64,000 nucleotides of DNA from Flectonema sp. DT1601. Lineage: Eukaryota. The DNA is taken from the NCBI GenBank assembly GCA_964019425.1, contig OZ025790.1, positions 62,001-126,000 of the forward strand. The letters are read 5' to 3'. Positions 12,245-23,982 of the stretch are shown here, piece by piece (the first letter of the stretch is position 1; every line of letters begins with the position of its first letter). The notes beneath the pieces are model-generated. The model saw only the letters and a program-made list of their open reading frames with translations. It had not been told where the DNA came from and did not search any database. A program made the translations under genes and the position numbers.

Positions 12245-15200
12245 CTACTCAGCAAGTAGTCCCTCCAGAATGCCCCATACGTAAGGAGCGTCTTTATGAG
12301 CTGCTTCGAATTCGCGGGTGGCATCTTTTCCGATGTGTTCCAGAAGAACTTCTGCACCTCCTGGGTGATCATTCATAAGCGAAGATACATCGTACTGAGT
12401 TCCCCTAATTGTTATATATTTAGGACCTGGATCTCTAATAAAAGATGAGAGATATCCCGTAGCAAGAACCCAATTTCTCAACAGAGGTGTGTACGTAACT
12501 AAGTCTGCTTCTGGTCTGGCTAATTGATCTCCGATTGAGTAGATTTGTAGAATTGATTTCGAACGAAATGTTTTACAAAACAAGTCCAACGCAACTTGTA
12601 AGTCTTCGTCATCACCTCCCTTCGTACAACTATTTATTAAAGAATAAATACATTGAATCACGTCTGCACTGAATTCCTTTTCGTGTGTAAGTTGTAAACG
12701 TTCTCTGAGAGACGCTTCCTTTCCATCTTTCCAATGTTGCAGCATCGCACTCCAGTCATTTGAGCGAACAGTTCTCTTTATCACATTAAAGAAATGTTTT
12801 TTAGGTACTGCCGGAACCCTACTCATGCAGTGTAATATGTTCTTCGCTAGAGTAGCATAGAGTGACAGCCAGGCTTTTTTCGCAAGTTCGATATCAGCGT
12901 CTTGTAAATTTAATTTTTCAAGACTACTGAGGACGGCATTCACAAATGCAACTCCGACAGGTTCGAATGACTCTGATGCGACACCAACTGAAGCATGTCT
13001 CATAGCTGCTTGTATTATTTTATTATCAATACCTGATACAAAGTCTTTACCCAAATCAGCAAGAAGATCATCAATAAGCATCAAAGCACTCCTACAAGGA
13101 ACCCAAACATATGAAAGTGGAGAACTCTTTTTAAGTTCTGAAACCATTGCTGCTTCTACTGTCGTCAGTTCCATATTGTTCCACGTAGATCTTAAGATGC
13201 GTAAGTGTTCAGTAGATAAAACCATCATGTTTATCTTGTCTCTTGAAGAGGGAAGTGTACCTCCTATTTCTTCGTTAAGATATGTGGTCCTTTTAATTTC
13301 TTCATTCAGCTGCATTGTCGACTTATAAACAACTCGAGAACATGAGTTCACTTTTTCGATTAGCTCTGAAGTCGAATTACCGTCCAGACCAACATCAGCA
13401 GCAAATTGCTGTGCAGCTGTTTCGTAAACTTTTGATACGTTCTGAGCGTCGATTTCTTTTAGTTTTGTGAATTCCTTACAATGCGATATGAGAGTTCTCT
13501 CAAACCACTGATCGTCACCATCAACATTAACAACTAAATCAAAAAACCTCCAAACACAAGACAAGTCAAGTCTAAATATATTTATTAAAGTGTTGCCGTG
13601 TTCGTTATGTCGTTCCTTCACAGAAGCGAAGAAGTTCATAGCAGCTGAGGACTTCTGATGAACCTTTGTGAGGTAGAACTCTTGCCAAGCAACTTGTAGA
13701 GGAGACTTAATAAGAAGTGGAGGAGAGACAACTTTGTGAATTGGGTTTCCATAGAGTAGTTGTGGAGCCATTCGGAATTTAAAAAATCTCCTCCAAGCAA
13801 CTTCGTCTTTAAATGCGCAATGACCTCTTCTCATAACACTCTGACTTAACGCTTGAACAATAGCCCAGATATTGGCTGTTTGACGAGGCTCAGCAGGCAT
13901 TAGTTTTAACAACGCATCAGGTGGAGCATCAGAACAGTCTTCCAAACATTCATTCAGAACTGAGATCGCTTGATGGACGTACTTCGCAGGACACGTTGGA
14001 TCAAACTTAGCCATTAAAGAATAAAAAGGTTTACTATCAACAGTATCACTTGTCAGTACTGAAATATCATCCTGACTAAGAGGTGTACTTAACTCAGCTG
14101 TGTAGATTGGAGTCTGAGCCATAGCTGTCTGAGCTCTGTGTAGAATCTCTTTCCAACTAGCGACTACATCAGAGCTGAGGGGTCCAGATATTAGTTCAAG
14201 AGATTGAAGTATCAGATTTGGTAATGATTTGAAAACTGATTCTGGCATTCCTTCTACTTGCCAACGTTCACAAGCACCCTGAAGAATAGCAAGACACCAA
14301 CTAAATCTGATGAATAAACTATCAATTAACCAAAGAACTCTATCACATTGAACGTTGACTGGGTGATACTTCCAAACTTGTTCTGCCTCTGGGATACTTG
14401 AATAGAGAAGGCCCAAAAAGGTTCTAGCAATCGTATACCTCGCTCCAGCACAGGAAGCCCAATGGATATTTGCTCTAATTCGAGAGAGTTCCTTATTGTT
14501 ATCAACAGCGATGGTTATTTGACTTTTCTTAACAACAAAACCAACAAGAGATTTCATAAAAATAGTCCAGGCAGTTACCTCACTCACAGTTAACAATTCA
14601 CTGAGAGATTCAATAAAAGCAGCAGTAAAGCTTTCAACAGAAATACCCATCACATCAACAACAAGTCTATTTAATAAGGTAGCTAATACAACACGTTGTG
14701 CTTCAGTGAATAATAAAGCTTCAATTATCATAAAAACTTGTGAGGTCTGTTTAGCACTCTCACCACAACCAAGAGACGACCACATCTTTTTGTTTGTGAT
14801 GTTTGAGCTCGCAATAAAAACCCAACTTCTTTGAAGGATTGACATATCCCTGTAGTGAGGTAACATTATACTTTCACACGCAGGAATGATGTGGTTTTCA
14901 ATAAAACTTCTCCAAGTGTTCCAAACACTAACATTCTGACTATGAGGAACATCCATCGCTTTGACTACTTCAAGAAGACTGGTAGCGAACTCTGTTATGT
15001 CACAAACACATCCGTCATTCATGACACCAATTCCAACACTTTGAACAAAGTTAATACTGGCAGCGTGATTTGATACTTTCGCGATGTAGTCTCCGAATAT
15101 AATCCTCGTCATATCCAACACACCTGGTGTGATTGAATACCTCAGTCGAGGCATTTGAGTACTCAAACGTAACCAAAGAATTTCACTAAAGTTTGGTATC

Positions 15201-17668
15201 GCTCGCAACCTTTTCATGCTGACTTGAATTACTTCTACTTCTGCTTCTGTTAGTCTCGTAGATCCACCGATGTCATTATATAATGAAAAGGAACCAGTTA
15301 AACTAGATGCCAATCCGTGGCTTATTGATGTTCTCGGAATGAAATGAGCGACACCAAACATCAGTTCAGTGAATCGATCTCCGATTTCCACAAACGCCGC
15401 TGCCTTCTCCGAAGACAACACTTCTTTAGCACCTCGTGCAATAGCTTCACAAAGAACTTCTGTTGTACATCCAAATTCACTTGTTACCATTTTACGTCGT
15501 CTGAGTGACTCAGAAAAATCCCTCAGCGATGAGAGCATTGCCGCTAAATAAATCTGACCAAGAGATCTGATGTCTTGTTTTAGAATAACTGCAACGTTTT
15601 GAGAAACAGTAAAAGAATTATCAGCGGCAGTCATCGTAATGAATAATGGAAGTGAACGGAATTCCAACCCATCCTTCTTCCCCCAGGGAAGTGAAGCAAA
15701 TAATTGAATCCAAGACTGAATATCAACTCTGACATCAGCTACTAAACTAAATGCTTCAGTTAAAACTGAAGTTAATATCATTTCAGAAGGCTGCTCTTGA
15801 TCAAATAATCGATGGTTTTGACTATCAGTAATCAACGTCACTGGAAGCATTGTTCCTAATGATTCAATTATTGAAGATAACAACAAACATAACAAGTCGG
15901 GGTTTATTCCAATACTAAAACGATCTCTTAGACGAATACAAAGAGGGACCTGATCAATATCTCGCCAGGTATTTTTAATTAGTTGAATTTGATCTGAAGA
16001 CAGTTTGATAGGAGGTGAAATTTTCCATCCAGGCAAGTCCTCAGCTCTGATGCAGCTTTGCGCCATATCATCAGAGTCGTAGTTCGCTACCTTTAAATCT
16101 TTTAATTTCCACAAATAAGATTTCCACATCAAAGCTATGCCGTCTGCTGCAACTGTTGTCCAATTTTCAGGCATCGTTTTTTGAACGAATTCCTGAAACG
16201 AAATTTCAGCTTTCTTAATAAGCGGCAAAGAGAGAGTTCCAGAAAAGAGAAGTGATTCTTGCTTATCGAGGAAAGGAATAACTCGTAAAGTATCCGATAT
16301 CCCAGAAATGACAATGGATTGATTTCTACCAAAGAGTGTGTTGGCTGCAGAAGTTGTGTCCTTTAGAAGTGTTTTAAACTTCGACCAAATAACTCTGACC
16401 TCCTCCAATTCGTGAATTGGTATATCCGAAACCGAAAATGCCGAACAATAATTAACACGAGAAGTGTTTGAAATAAAGTTCCAACACTTAACCACAACAG
16501 GCATGTCAAAAAGTTTATTAACTAAAGGTGTGGTACTCTCTAATGTGTCAGGTGGGATTCCATGCCAAGTCATTGGGATAATCCACAAGAATTCTAACAG
16601 CAGTCTGCCAGACTTCAGACCCTCAAGTAGTCCAGTTAACAAGGAAGCGACTTGTTCTGCATCAGAGACGTCAAAGTCAGGAACGCCTGTTGGAAGGTTT
16701 TTTAAAATAGCCTTCGTCATCATGTCGTGTGTGTAGTCAGAATTCACTTTGCAAAGTTCAACAGCAGTCTGATCTATTTCACTGGTTGGTATTTTCATCA
16801 TCAGTTCTATTTCACTAGAGAGAAGGAATTCATCGTATTTTGATTTCCCGATGATGTACTCGAGGACTGCTGCTACCATTCGAAACCAATACTCAGGATC
16901 TTGAAAACCACACTTCCCTAAAGCTGACAGCTCATCAATCGTTGAGAACAAACAACTGCTGAAGACTACGAAGTGTTCCCATGTCACACTCATACAGTAT
17001 TGATCAAAGTCTATTGATATTTCATCCCATAATGGAAGAGCTGCAGTATATCCATCAGTAAAGTAAGTCTTTAATGATAAAAGTATTCGACTGACTGTAC
17101 AGTCTCGAAGATCACACTTCGCGAACGTGGTTGCTGTTTCAGGACTTCTTCGATACAACAGATTATAAAACTGATTCGTAAACGAGGTTTTATCGAGAAG
17201 CTCAAGTGGTGCTATCGGAGAGTTAGTAGCTCCTTCTTTTTTAGAAAGATCTATTTTCTGATGTCCAAGAAGTTGGTTTGCTGTAACACATTTCATTGAA
17301 TCGCTTACTTCACCATCAGAGTCAGATCCCCAACCAGGTTTTTGAAGTGACGCGAGATATGAATTTAGTTCTGTTGCTCCTTTTTCCAATTCGATAATTC
17401 TGTTTTTATTTCCCTTCACACTCGAGTGCTCTAACAATTCCATTGATAAGTACCAGGTAGGGTCTGAAGGCATCTCACTTAGACATCTCTTTACACAGTC
17501 ACCAAGTACAACATGTAAGTCATGTTCTCTGATGTATTCTTTTTGCATTTGTTCTCTTTCCTTCCTACTGTGATACCTCCTTGCTGGCATTGAAACAACA
17601 GGACGCTCTCTGTCATGTTGCTTACCAGGTGGCGCAGATGCCGGCCGCTGAGGTGCGGACGGCCGCAT
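12245..17668 (-). CDS. 1807-aa protein: RIIa/Dpy-30-like docking domain + multiple globin-like domains + C-terminal cytochrome b5-like heme domain
   Basis: EYIREHDLHVVLGDCVKRCLSEMPSDPTWYL matches the D/D pattern. Repeated globin helix motifs are present (LSSDQIQLIKNTW, FYNLLYRRSPETATTF, LSTEHLRILRSTW...AMRHASVGVASESFEPVGVAF...AWLSLY). Cytochrome b5 motif YDVSSLMNDHPGGAEVLLEHIGKDATREFEAAH. Confidence 0.9.
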   Translation of the reverse strand: MRPSAPQRPASAPPGKQHDRERPVVSMPARRYHSRKEREQMQKEYIREHDLHVVLGDCVKRCLSEMPSDPTWYLSMELLEHSSVKGNKNRIIELEKGATELNSYLASLQKPGWGSDSDGEVSDSMKCVTANQLLGHQKIDLSKKEGATNSPIAPLELLDKTSFTNQFYNLLYRRSPETATTFAKCDLRDCTVSRILLSLKTYFTDGYTAALPLWDEISIDFDQYCMSVTWEHFVVFSSCLFSTIDELSALGKCGFQDPEYWFRMVAAVLEYIIGKSKYDEFLLSSEIELMMKIPTSEIDQTAVELCKVNSDYTHDMMTKAILKNLPTGVPDFDVSDAEQVASLLTGLLEGLKSGRLLLEFLWIIPMTWHGIPPDTLESTTPLVNKLFDMPVVVKCWNFISNTSRVNYCSAFSVSDIPIHELEEVRVIWSKFKTLLKDTTSAANTLFGRNQSIVISGISDTLRVIPFLDKQESLLFSGTLSLPLIKKAEISFQEFVQKTMPENWTTVAADGIALMWKSYLWKLKDLKVANYDSDDMAQSCIRAEDLPGWKISPPIKLSSDQIQLIKNTWRDIDQVPLCIRLRDRFSIGINPDLLCLLLSSIIESLGTMLPVTLITDSQNHRLFDQEQPSEMILTSVLTEAFSLVADVRVDIQSWIQLFASLPWGKKDGLEFRSLPLFITMTAADNSFTVSQNVAVILKQDIRSLGQIYLAAMLSSLRDFSESLRRRKMVTSEFGCTTEVLCEAIARGAKEVLSSEKAAAFVEIGDRFTELMFGVAHFIPRTSISHGLASSLTGSFSLYNDIGGSTRLTEAEVEVIQVSMKRLRAIPNFSEILWLRLSTQMPRLRYSITPGVLDMTRIIFGDYIAKVSNHAASINFVQSVGIGVMNDGCVCDITEFATSLLEVVKAMDVPHSQNVSVWNTWRSFIENHIIPACESIMLPHYRDMSILQRSWVFIASSNITNKKMWSSLGCGESAKQTSQVFMIIEALLFTEAQRVVLATLLNRLVVDVMGISVESFTAAFIESLSELLTVSEVTAWTIFMKSLVGFVVKKSQITIAVDNNKELSRIRANIHWASCAGARYTIARTFLGLLYSSIPEAEQVWKYHPVNVQCDRVLWLIDSLFIRFSWCLAILQGACERWQVEGMPESVFKSLPNLILQSLELISGPLSSDVVASWKEILHRAQTAMAQTPIYTAELSTPLSQDDISVLTSDTVDSKPFYSLMAKFDPTCPAKYVHQAISVLNECLEDCSDAPPDALLKLMPAEPRQTANIWAIVQALSQSVMRRGHCAFKDEVAWRRFFKFRMAPQLLYGNPIHKVVSPPLLIKSPLQVAWQEFYLTKVHQKSSAAMNFFASVKERHNEHGNTLINIFRLDLSCVWRFFDLVVNVDGDDQWFERTLISHCKEFTKLKEIDAQNVSKVYETAAQQFAADVGLDGNSTSELIEKVNSCSRVVYKSTMQLNEEIKRTTYLNEEIGGTLPSSRDKINMMVLSTEHLRILRSTWNNMELTTVEAAMVSELKKSSPLSYVWVPCRSALMLIDDLLADLGKDFVSGIDNKIIQAAMRHASVGVASESFEPVGVAFVNAVLSSLEKLNLQDADIELAKKAWLSLYATLAKNILHCMSRVPAVPKKHFFNVIKRTVRSNDWSAMLQHWKDGKEASLRERLQLTHEKEFSADVIQCIYSLINSCTKGGDDEDLQVALDLFCKTFRSKSILQIYSIGDQLARPEADLVTYTPLLRNWVLATGYLSSFIRDPGPKYITIRGTQYDVSSLMNDHPGGAEVLLEHIGKDATREFEAAHKDAPYVWGILEGLLAE

Positions 17669-18127
17669 CTCGATGCCTTTTTTTTTACTACCCTATTGAA
17701 GAGGTAAACTAACTACACAACACTAAAACTAATTAACAGTTCTCTGTATTGTTTGGGATAGATCACCTCCTCTATTACTTCATAAGGTTGTCTGTTGTTA
17801 AGAACTAACTTAAATAATAAATATGAAAAAATCTACCTTTTGGTCACGCGAGAAGAGTAGCTCGCTGCCATGCTTATCATTTTTTCTTTTTTTTTTTCCC
17901 CTTCGACTTTTTGGTTACAAATGAATGCTTTTTTGTGGACAAAAAAAAAGGAAAATATCGAACGAGACTCGCAACAGTCATTATGGAAACCCAACTAGTG
18001 AACTCTGGTCCTCAATTAAGAAATTGTTACTCAGAGTGAGGTTAGGGAAGACCGCGACAGGATTCTGTTCAGGTCTGACATGGTGTGGTTCCATTATCAA
18101 TTAGGTGTCCATAGAAAGTCTTTAACT

Positions 18128-18851
18128 CTAGACGAGTTTCTTTTCAAGTAAAAGGTTAGCAATATTAACTGACTGGTAAGCTGTCAACACAATACAAAGT
18201 ATCACTTGAACAATTCCAAACCACCAGACTTGGGTATCAACCTGCTCTGAGAGCTGACGTGCCTTTTCTTGATTGTTTCGAAAGGTTGCAGCACTTTGAA
18301 AAACATTATCCATCAGATCTTCAATGTCTGACATGTCGTCTTCGAAGTCTTTTATGTCTGCAACAGTTGGTTGGTATTCACTCTTCTCGTAGCTCTTCAC
18401 TTTTTTTAAATCAACTGCAGGAGCCTTTTGATTCTTACCAGGCTTAACATAAATAGAAAGCTTCATTTCAAATTCCTTCGACGGTACACTTGACATCATG
18501 CAGACGTGGTATGAACCTGGATCACCACCAGTATTGATGGTGAGTACTCCAGAACTACCTTTTAAATGTTCCGTAAAGATCACAGACCTCCTGGTGTCAG
18601 TAGCCGTGGCAACAACTTGATTATCTGCCGGAGCATTTTTAAATTCCCACTTTACTTGAATTCCTGTCTTTGCTGCAGGTGCTTCCGCTACGAAGCAGTT
18701 TGTTTTCTGATAGGTAAGCTGTTTTATATATTTGTGAACAGAGTTGGTCAGACTAGTGAAATAATACAAAAAGAAAACAACAACACACCGTAAAGTAAAA
18801 CGCATCCAACGGAACCACCAGCAACAACAACACCACAACCACAAACAACAT
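18128..18851 (-). CDS. p24/emp24/gp25L (TMED) family cargo receptor, 217 aa, 2 exons
   Basis: Exons 18851-18789 and 18718-18128, joined across a 70-nt GT-AG intron. Splicing restores the signal peptide MLFVVVVLLLLVVPLDA followed by FYFT|LTYQKTNCF. GOLD-domain cysteines (CFVAE, GSYHVCM), coiled coil, TM (VWWFGIVQVILCIV) and C-terminal KKLV are present. Confidence 0.92.
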
Positions 18852-19424
18852 TTTCTTATAACCTCCTTCAGTCCTGTTATTTTCAAAAAATGATAAACAG
18901 CATTACCAACGAACTCAAAGACGAGACATTTATAGTCTCCGTATCAACCTTGTTAAAAAGAAGTAAAAGTTAAATAAAGATGTACACGTTGTTAGACAGT
19001 CCCAACTATCGATAACAAGAAATGAAAAAGGGAGAAAAGATAAAACAGCACCCAATGGATGTTTTGTGTGTAAAGTAATGAATTCAAAGGGCACTGTAGA
19101 AACAACCAGACGTCGAAACTAAAATAATCCTCAAAAACATTCCTCGGAGTGAGTTGAGAAGTATTTCAACAAACAAACTAAATTATTTTATTCAAAGGGG
19201 AAAAAAAAGAACGAAAAAATGGGAAAAAAAAGTAAAAATAAAGAAATAAAACTGCTTGGAAAAGCAGTTTCCATTTTTTTTTTTTTTTTTTTTTTTGAAA
19301 AAAGCAAAAGGGGGATGGAGAAATAATAATAAGAACCGATTACTTGCTACACAACGACCTGCTTCTTGAATCGTGAATGCTGAACACGACAGTTTGAATT
19401 TATTCTTCGTCATTACGAAGAAAA

Positions 19425-21284
19425 CTAATAAACAGATCTGGAAGAGAATGTGTCTTCAGAAGAAGCGCAGGTACCCCACGTGCGGAAGAGATTTGAACCA
19501 GAAGAATCAGCTACAGAATCAAGAGGATAATTCTTTGTTAAAACTGACGAGTCGGAACTAAGTCTGGTACAGCAACCAGATCGATAACGAGATTTAGTAT
19601 CGATGTCCAGAAGACGTTCCATTGAGTAGTCAGAAGCGATATTAATCCAACCAGTCTGTCTGTTTGATATTAACGACATCTCTGAGTCATCTGAGTCAAA
19701 GGAACCAACAGAGAAATAACAACCACAGAAATCACTATTCTGTTCAATAAATTGCTGACAAGATTGATATCCATAATAAGGATCACTTGAATTCTGTTGA
19801 ACTACCGTAATTAAAGTATCTAATGCATTCCAACCATTATCATCAGGACGGACACAGACGTAGTATTCACGAGATTCTAAGTATAAATAATTTGGAATAT
19901 TTGGACTATCTGACTGCAACGTTGAAGCATCAATCACCAAGTCTTCCATCGAATATCCTCCTCTACTCGTCTTAAAGCGTTGAGTTCCATTAGAAAGAGT
20001 TGTTATCAGATCGTGATCGGATGCTATTTCTGGCATATCAACAACAGCCCAATCTTCATTAGGAATTAGCTCAGCGCAGATATTATAATTTCGAACACCT
20101 GCTTCTGGTTGTGGAATAAACACAACTGGTATTCCTTCAGCTACTCGATAGCCACTGAAAGTAAACTCAATACGATCAGCTGAGACAACTTCAGTTGGAT
20201 AAATATCAAAAACAGGAGACGAATACGGTCCTTGATAATACCAAACTTTATTCCAAGCTGGAATCGATTGCCTGATTGTTTCTGACTCAGTTCTAGTTGG
20301 GAGAGACATAGAAATGGTTCGAGTTTCTGAGAAAGTTTCTGATCGGGTTGGTAATGATAACGACATTGTAACAGAAACGGTGTGGGAATTCGACAACGAA
20401 TTCGTTAAACTTGCCGTAACAGTTGCCGTCGGCAACGACAACGATTTAGATATCGTTTTGGTGGAACTGTCACTGATAGACTTCGATACGGTGAAGGTCT
20501 TCGACAGACTGAATGTTTCAGTGATGGATTGAGTAATAGTTTTACTGATTGATATTGTTTGCGATGTTGAAATCGTTACCGTCTTCGATGCTGAATGAGT
20601 ATTTGTGAGAGTCAGTGACTTACTTAACGATGCCGTCACAGTTAAAGTCTTAGAAACAGAAGGAGAAACAGAAGCAGTAACAGATTTAGTCTCCGTAAGT
20701 GTAGCCGTGGGGGCAGTAAAAGATTTAGTCTCCGTAAGTGTAGCCGTGGGGGCAGTAACAGATTTAGTCTCCGTAAATGTAGCCGTGGGGGCAGTAAAAG
20801 ATTTAGTCTCCGTAAGTGTAGCCGTGGGGGCAGTAACAGATTTAGTCTCCGTAAATGTAGCCGTGGGGGCAGTAAAAGATTTAGTCTCCGTAAATGTAGC
20901 CGTGGGGGCAGTAACAGATTTAGTCTCCGTAAATGTAGCCGTGGGGTCAGTAAGAGATTTAGTCTCCGTAAATGTAGCCGTGGGGGCAGTAACAGATTTA
21001 GTCTCCGTAAATGTAGCCGTGGGGTCAGTAAGAGATTTAGTCTCCGTAAATGTAGCCGTGGGGGCAGTAACAGATTTAGTCTCCGTAAATGTAGCCGTGG
21101 GGGCAGTAACAGATTTAGTCTCCGTAAATGTAGCCGTGGGGTCAGTAACAGATTTAGTCTCCGTAAATGTAGCCGTGGGGTCAGTAAAAGATTTAGTCTC
21201 CGTAAATGTAGCCGTGGCTGTAACTGATTCTACTCCCTCTAAGTTCACCGCAATTATTATTATTAACAATTGAAGGACCTTCAT
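19425..21284 (-). CDS. Secreted Thr/Ser-rich repeat (mucin-like) protein with a Cys-containing C-terminal domain
   Basis: First ATG gives the signal peptide MKVLQLLIIIIAVNLEGVES. 14 x 13-aa repeats, a T-x-S/T-x region, and a non-repetitive C-terminal region with several Cys. No TM anchor seen. Confidence 0.85.
   Translation of the reverse strand: MKVLQLLIIIIAVNLEGVESVTATATFTETKSFTDPTATFTETKSVTDPTATFTETKSVTAPTATFTETKSVTAPTATFTETKSLTDPTATFTETKSVTAPTATFTETKSLTDPTATFTETKSVTAPTATFTETKSFTAPTATFTETKSVTAPTATLTETKSFTAPTATFTETKSVTAPTATLTETKSFTAPTATLTETKSVTASVSPSVSKTLTVTASLSKSLTLTNTHSASKTVTISTSQTISISKTITQSITETFSLSKTFTVSKSISDSSTKTISKSLSLPTATVTASLTNSLSNSHTVSVTMSLSLPTRSETFSETRTISMSLPTRTESETIRQSIPAWNKVWYYQGPYSSPVFDIYPTEVVSADRIEFTFSGYRVAEGIPVVFIPQPEAGVRNYNICAELIPNEDWAVVDMPEIASDHDLITTLSNGTQRFKTSRGGYSMEDLVIDASTLQSDSPNIPNYLYLESREYYVCVRPDDNGWNALDTLITVVQQNSSDPYYGYQSCQQFIEQNSDFCGCYFSVGSFDSDDSEMSLISNRQTGWINIASDYSMERLLDIDTKSRYRSGCCTRLSSDSSVLTKNYPLDSVADSSGSNLFRTWGTCASSEDTFSSRSVY
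20673..21223 (-). repeat. Coding 39-bp tandem repeat, 14 copies (T[A/D]PTAT[F/L]TETKS[V/F/L])
   Basis: Directly visible in the DNA and in the translation. Confidence 0.95.
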
Positions 21285-21480
21285 ATTGTTGTTTATTGTG
21301 TTGGTTAGTCGCCTTTTTAAAAAGTAAATAACTAAAATACCTTGAGTACGTGAAGGACAGTCTTCTATGACAAGAGTGTTAAGAAAAGTAATCAAATATC
21401 AGACGAACTAATTCATAAAAAAAAATAAAAAAAAAAATAACGTTCCAGACATTTGAAACAATTCAAAGAAGGGATTTCAA

Positions 21481-23151
21481 TTAGTAGGTTTCCTCTCTTC
21501 CATAATTCTCAACTTTGTATTCGTACTTTGGCATCTCAAAAGTGAATGACTTTCCCGGATTATTCTTTCTAAACTCCTCCAAGTAAAATAAAAGCATCGC
21601 CACCACCACCACTCCGATGGTAATTCCGAGACCAACCCAGTACACTGTTCGTACTTTGTGACTGTCGGTAGTCTCTTGTTTGCGAAGTTGTTTTTTTTCT
21701 TTTGGATCGAGTGCTTGTTTTTGAAGGTTAAGATCCTGGTCAACCATCTTAGCGAGTCGTTTTGATTGTGCAGCAACTTGTTTTTGAGTTGGTTGTTCAG
21801 CAGTCTGCTGTACGTCTAGAATTTCTTGCATCGTCTTATCAAATTTACGAGCATCTCCCCATTGTAAAACTGAAACAGATGGATACACCAGGTATTGAAA
21901 ATATGATATAAACATCACAATAATACAAGCGATTCTAAATGAAGGAGGTACGTGCATGGCATAAGCACTGATGTCATCTAACGCAAGTTCGAAAGCAACT
22001 CTGATATACAAAGGGATGTTCATTCCTAATACAAGTGATCTTTGGAATATTGGATTTCCACCCTTGTAAGCTAACGAACAGAGTCCCCAATTGAGGAACA
22101 CATACGGTCTGTGTCGCATAATGAACGACATCGACCAACCCAATCCCATAAGAAGTTTCATCGCATGAGTGATGGTCATAAGATTCCATGAAAGGTAAAC
22201 AGTGAAATAGAGATAATAACCAGCAGCAGGTAATATAAAGAACACAAAGTAATAAGGTGTTTCATACCTGACATGATGATAGTCAGGGAATGCAGCAATC
22301 GATGATCCTCCCCAGATATTTTTAACATAACGAATACCTCGAAATAGAAGTGTCGCACTGTTGATTCCGATACCGAAGTCCCAAACGTACAACAACAGGA
22401 ATCCTGACTGTAGCAATGCTGCTATATTTGGATTGTGAGTTAAGAGAAGCATTGAGATGAACTCTGCTCCTTGAAATGATGTCGTGAAAACTTTATCAGT
22501 CATAATCTCAATAAATAACAACACATCTCTACTTCCATCTTTCATATCACTCGAGACGAGGTTGTCTTCTTTCTGAGCTTCCATTACCAAATGATAACTT
22601 TCTTTAATCTGTTCAAACTTGTCGAGATCTTGTTGAGTTGCTGTGTGTTTTAGTTTGTCAGGATGGTATCTTAAATACATTTCTTTCTTCGCTTTTTTAA
22701 TATCTTCGACTGAAGCTCCAGGTTTAAGACCAAGATTGTGATACAGCTCAGAAGAATCTGGATCCATTATGCTGTCCCACAATGGCCAGTTGGAGTAAAT
22801 ATAAATACTACACAAAGTTAGAATCGTCAACCATACAAATACAGTCGTCGGATCTTGTTTTTGATGACTGGGGTTTTCATTGGTACTTTCATTTTCATCT
22901 TTTTTATAATGTGATGGAGCAAGTCTAAGTAATCTGCAAGGATAACTTATGGAAGAAGGAACATTTTCTCTCCAGGTTTGTTTTGTTAAAGTCCATTTTT
23001 GAAATGCTTCTTTCAAAGCGAGTGTTGGTTCTAACTTCTCATTATCAGAAAATAATTGTTTATCTTGAGCAGTTCCCCATGCCAGTCGTCTTGCTTCTTC
23101 TCCTTCCACTTCGATCTTCTCCGCTCTCATCTTTGGGACACTAATTTTCAT
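21481..23151 (-). CDS. Multi-pass membrane protein with a DnaJ (J) domain
   Basis: J domain LYHNLGLKPGASVEDIKKAKKEMYLRYHPDK with intact HPD, plus several TM segments. First ATG is at 23151. The upstream poly-Q frame has no ATG. Confidence 0.88.
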   Translation of the reverse strand: MKISVPKMRAEKIEVEGEEARRLAWGTAQDKQLFSDNEKLEPTLALKEAFQKWTLTKQTWRENVPSSISYPCRLLRLAPSHYKKDENESTNENPSHQKQDPTTVFVWLTILTLCSIYIYSNWPLWDSIMDPDSSELYHNLGLKPGASVEDIKKAKKEMYLRYHPDKLKHTATQQDLDKFEQIKESYHLVMEAQKEDNLVSSDMKDGSRDVLLFIEIMTDKVFTTSFQGAEFISMLLLTHNPNIAALLQSGFLLLYVWDFGIGINSATLLFRGIRYVKNIWGGSSIAAFPDYHHVRYETPYYFVFFILPAAGYYLYFTVYLSWNLMTITHAMKLLMGLGWSMSFIMRHRPYVFLNWGLCSLAYKGGNPIFQRSLVLGMNIPLYIRVAFELALDDISAYAMHVPPSFRIACIIVMFISYFQYLVYPSVSVLQWGDARKFDKTMQEILDVQQTAEQPTQKQVAAQSKRLAKMVDQDLNLQKQALDPKEKKQLRKQETTDSHKVRTVYWVGLGITIGVVVVAMLLFYLEEFRKNNPGKSFTFEMPKYEYKVENYGREETY

Positions 23152-23182
23152 TATGTTGCAAAACCTTCTAAATCTGATTTTG

Positions 23183-23982
<800 letters not shown>

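Noticed and set aside
18789..18886. ORF-track N-terminus of the p24 gene (MKITGLKE...CCLWLWCCCC)
   Set aside because: Read-through of an intron in the wrong frame. The spliced model gives a proper signal peptide.
20314..21273. Plus-strand Val-rich ORFs, and likewise the plus-strand ORFs over 26407-28395
   Set aside because: These are antisense shadows of coding tandem repeats.
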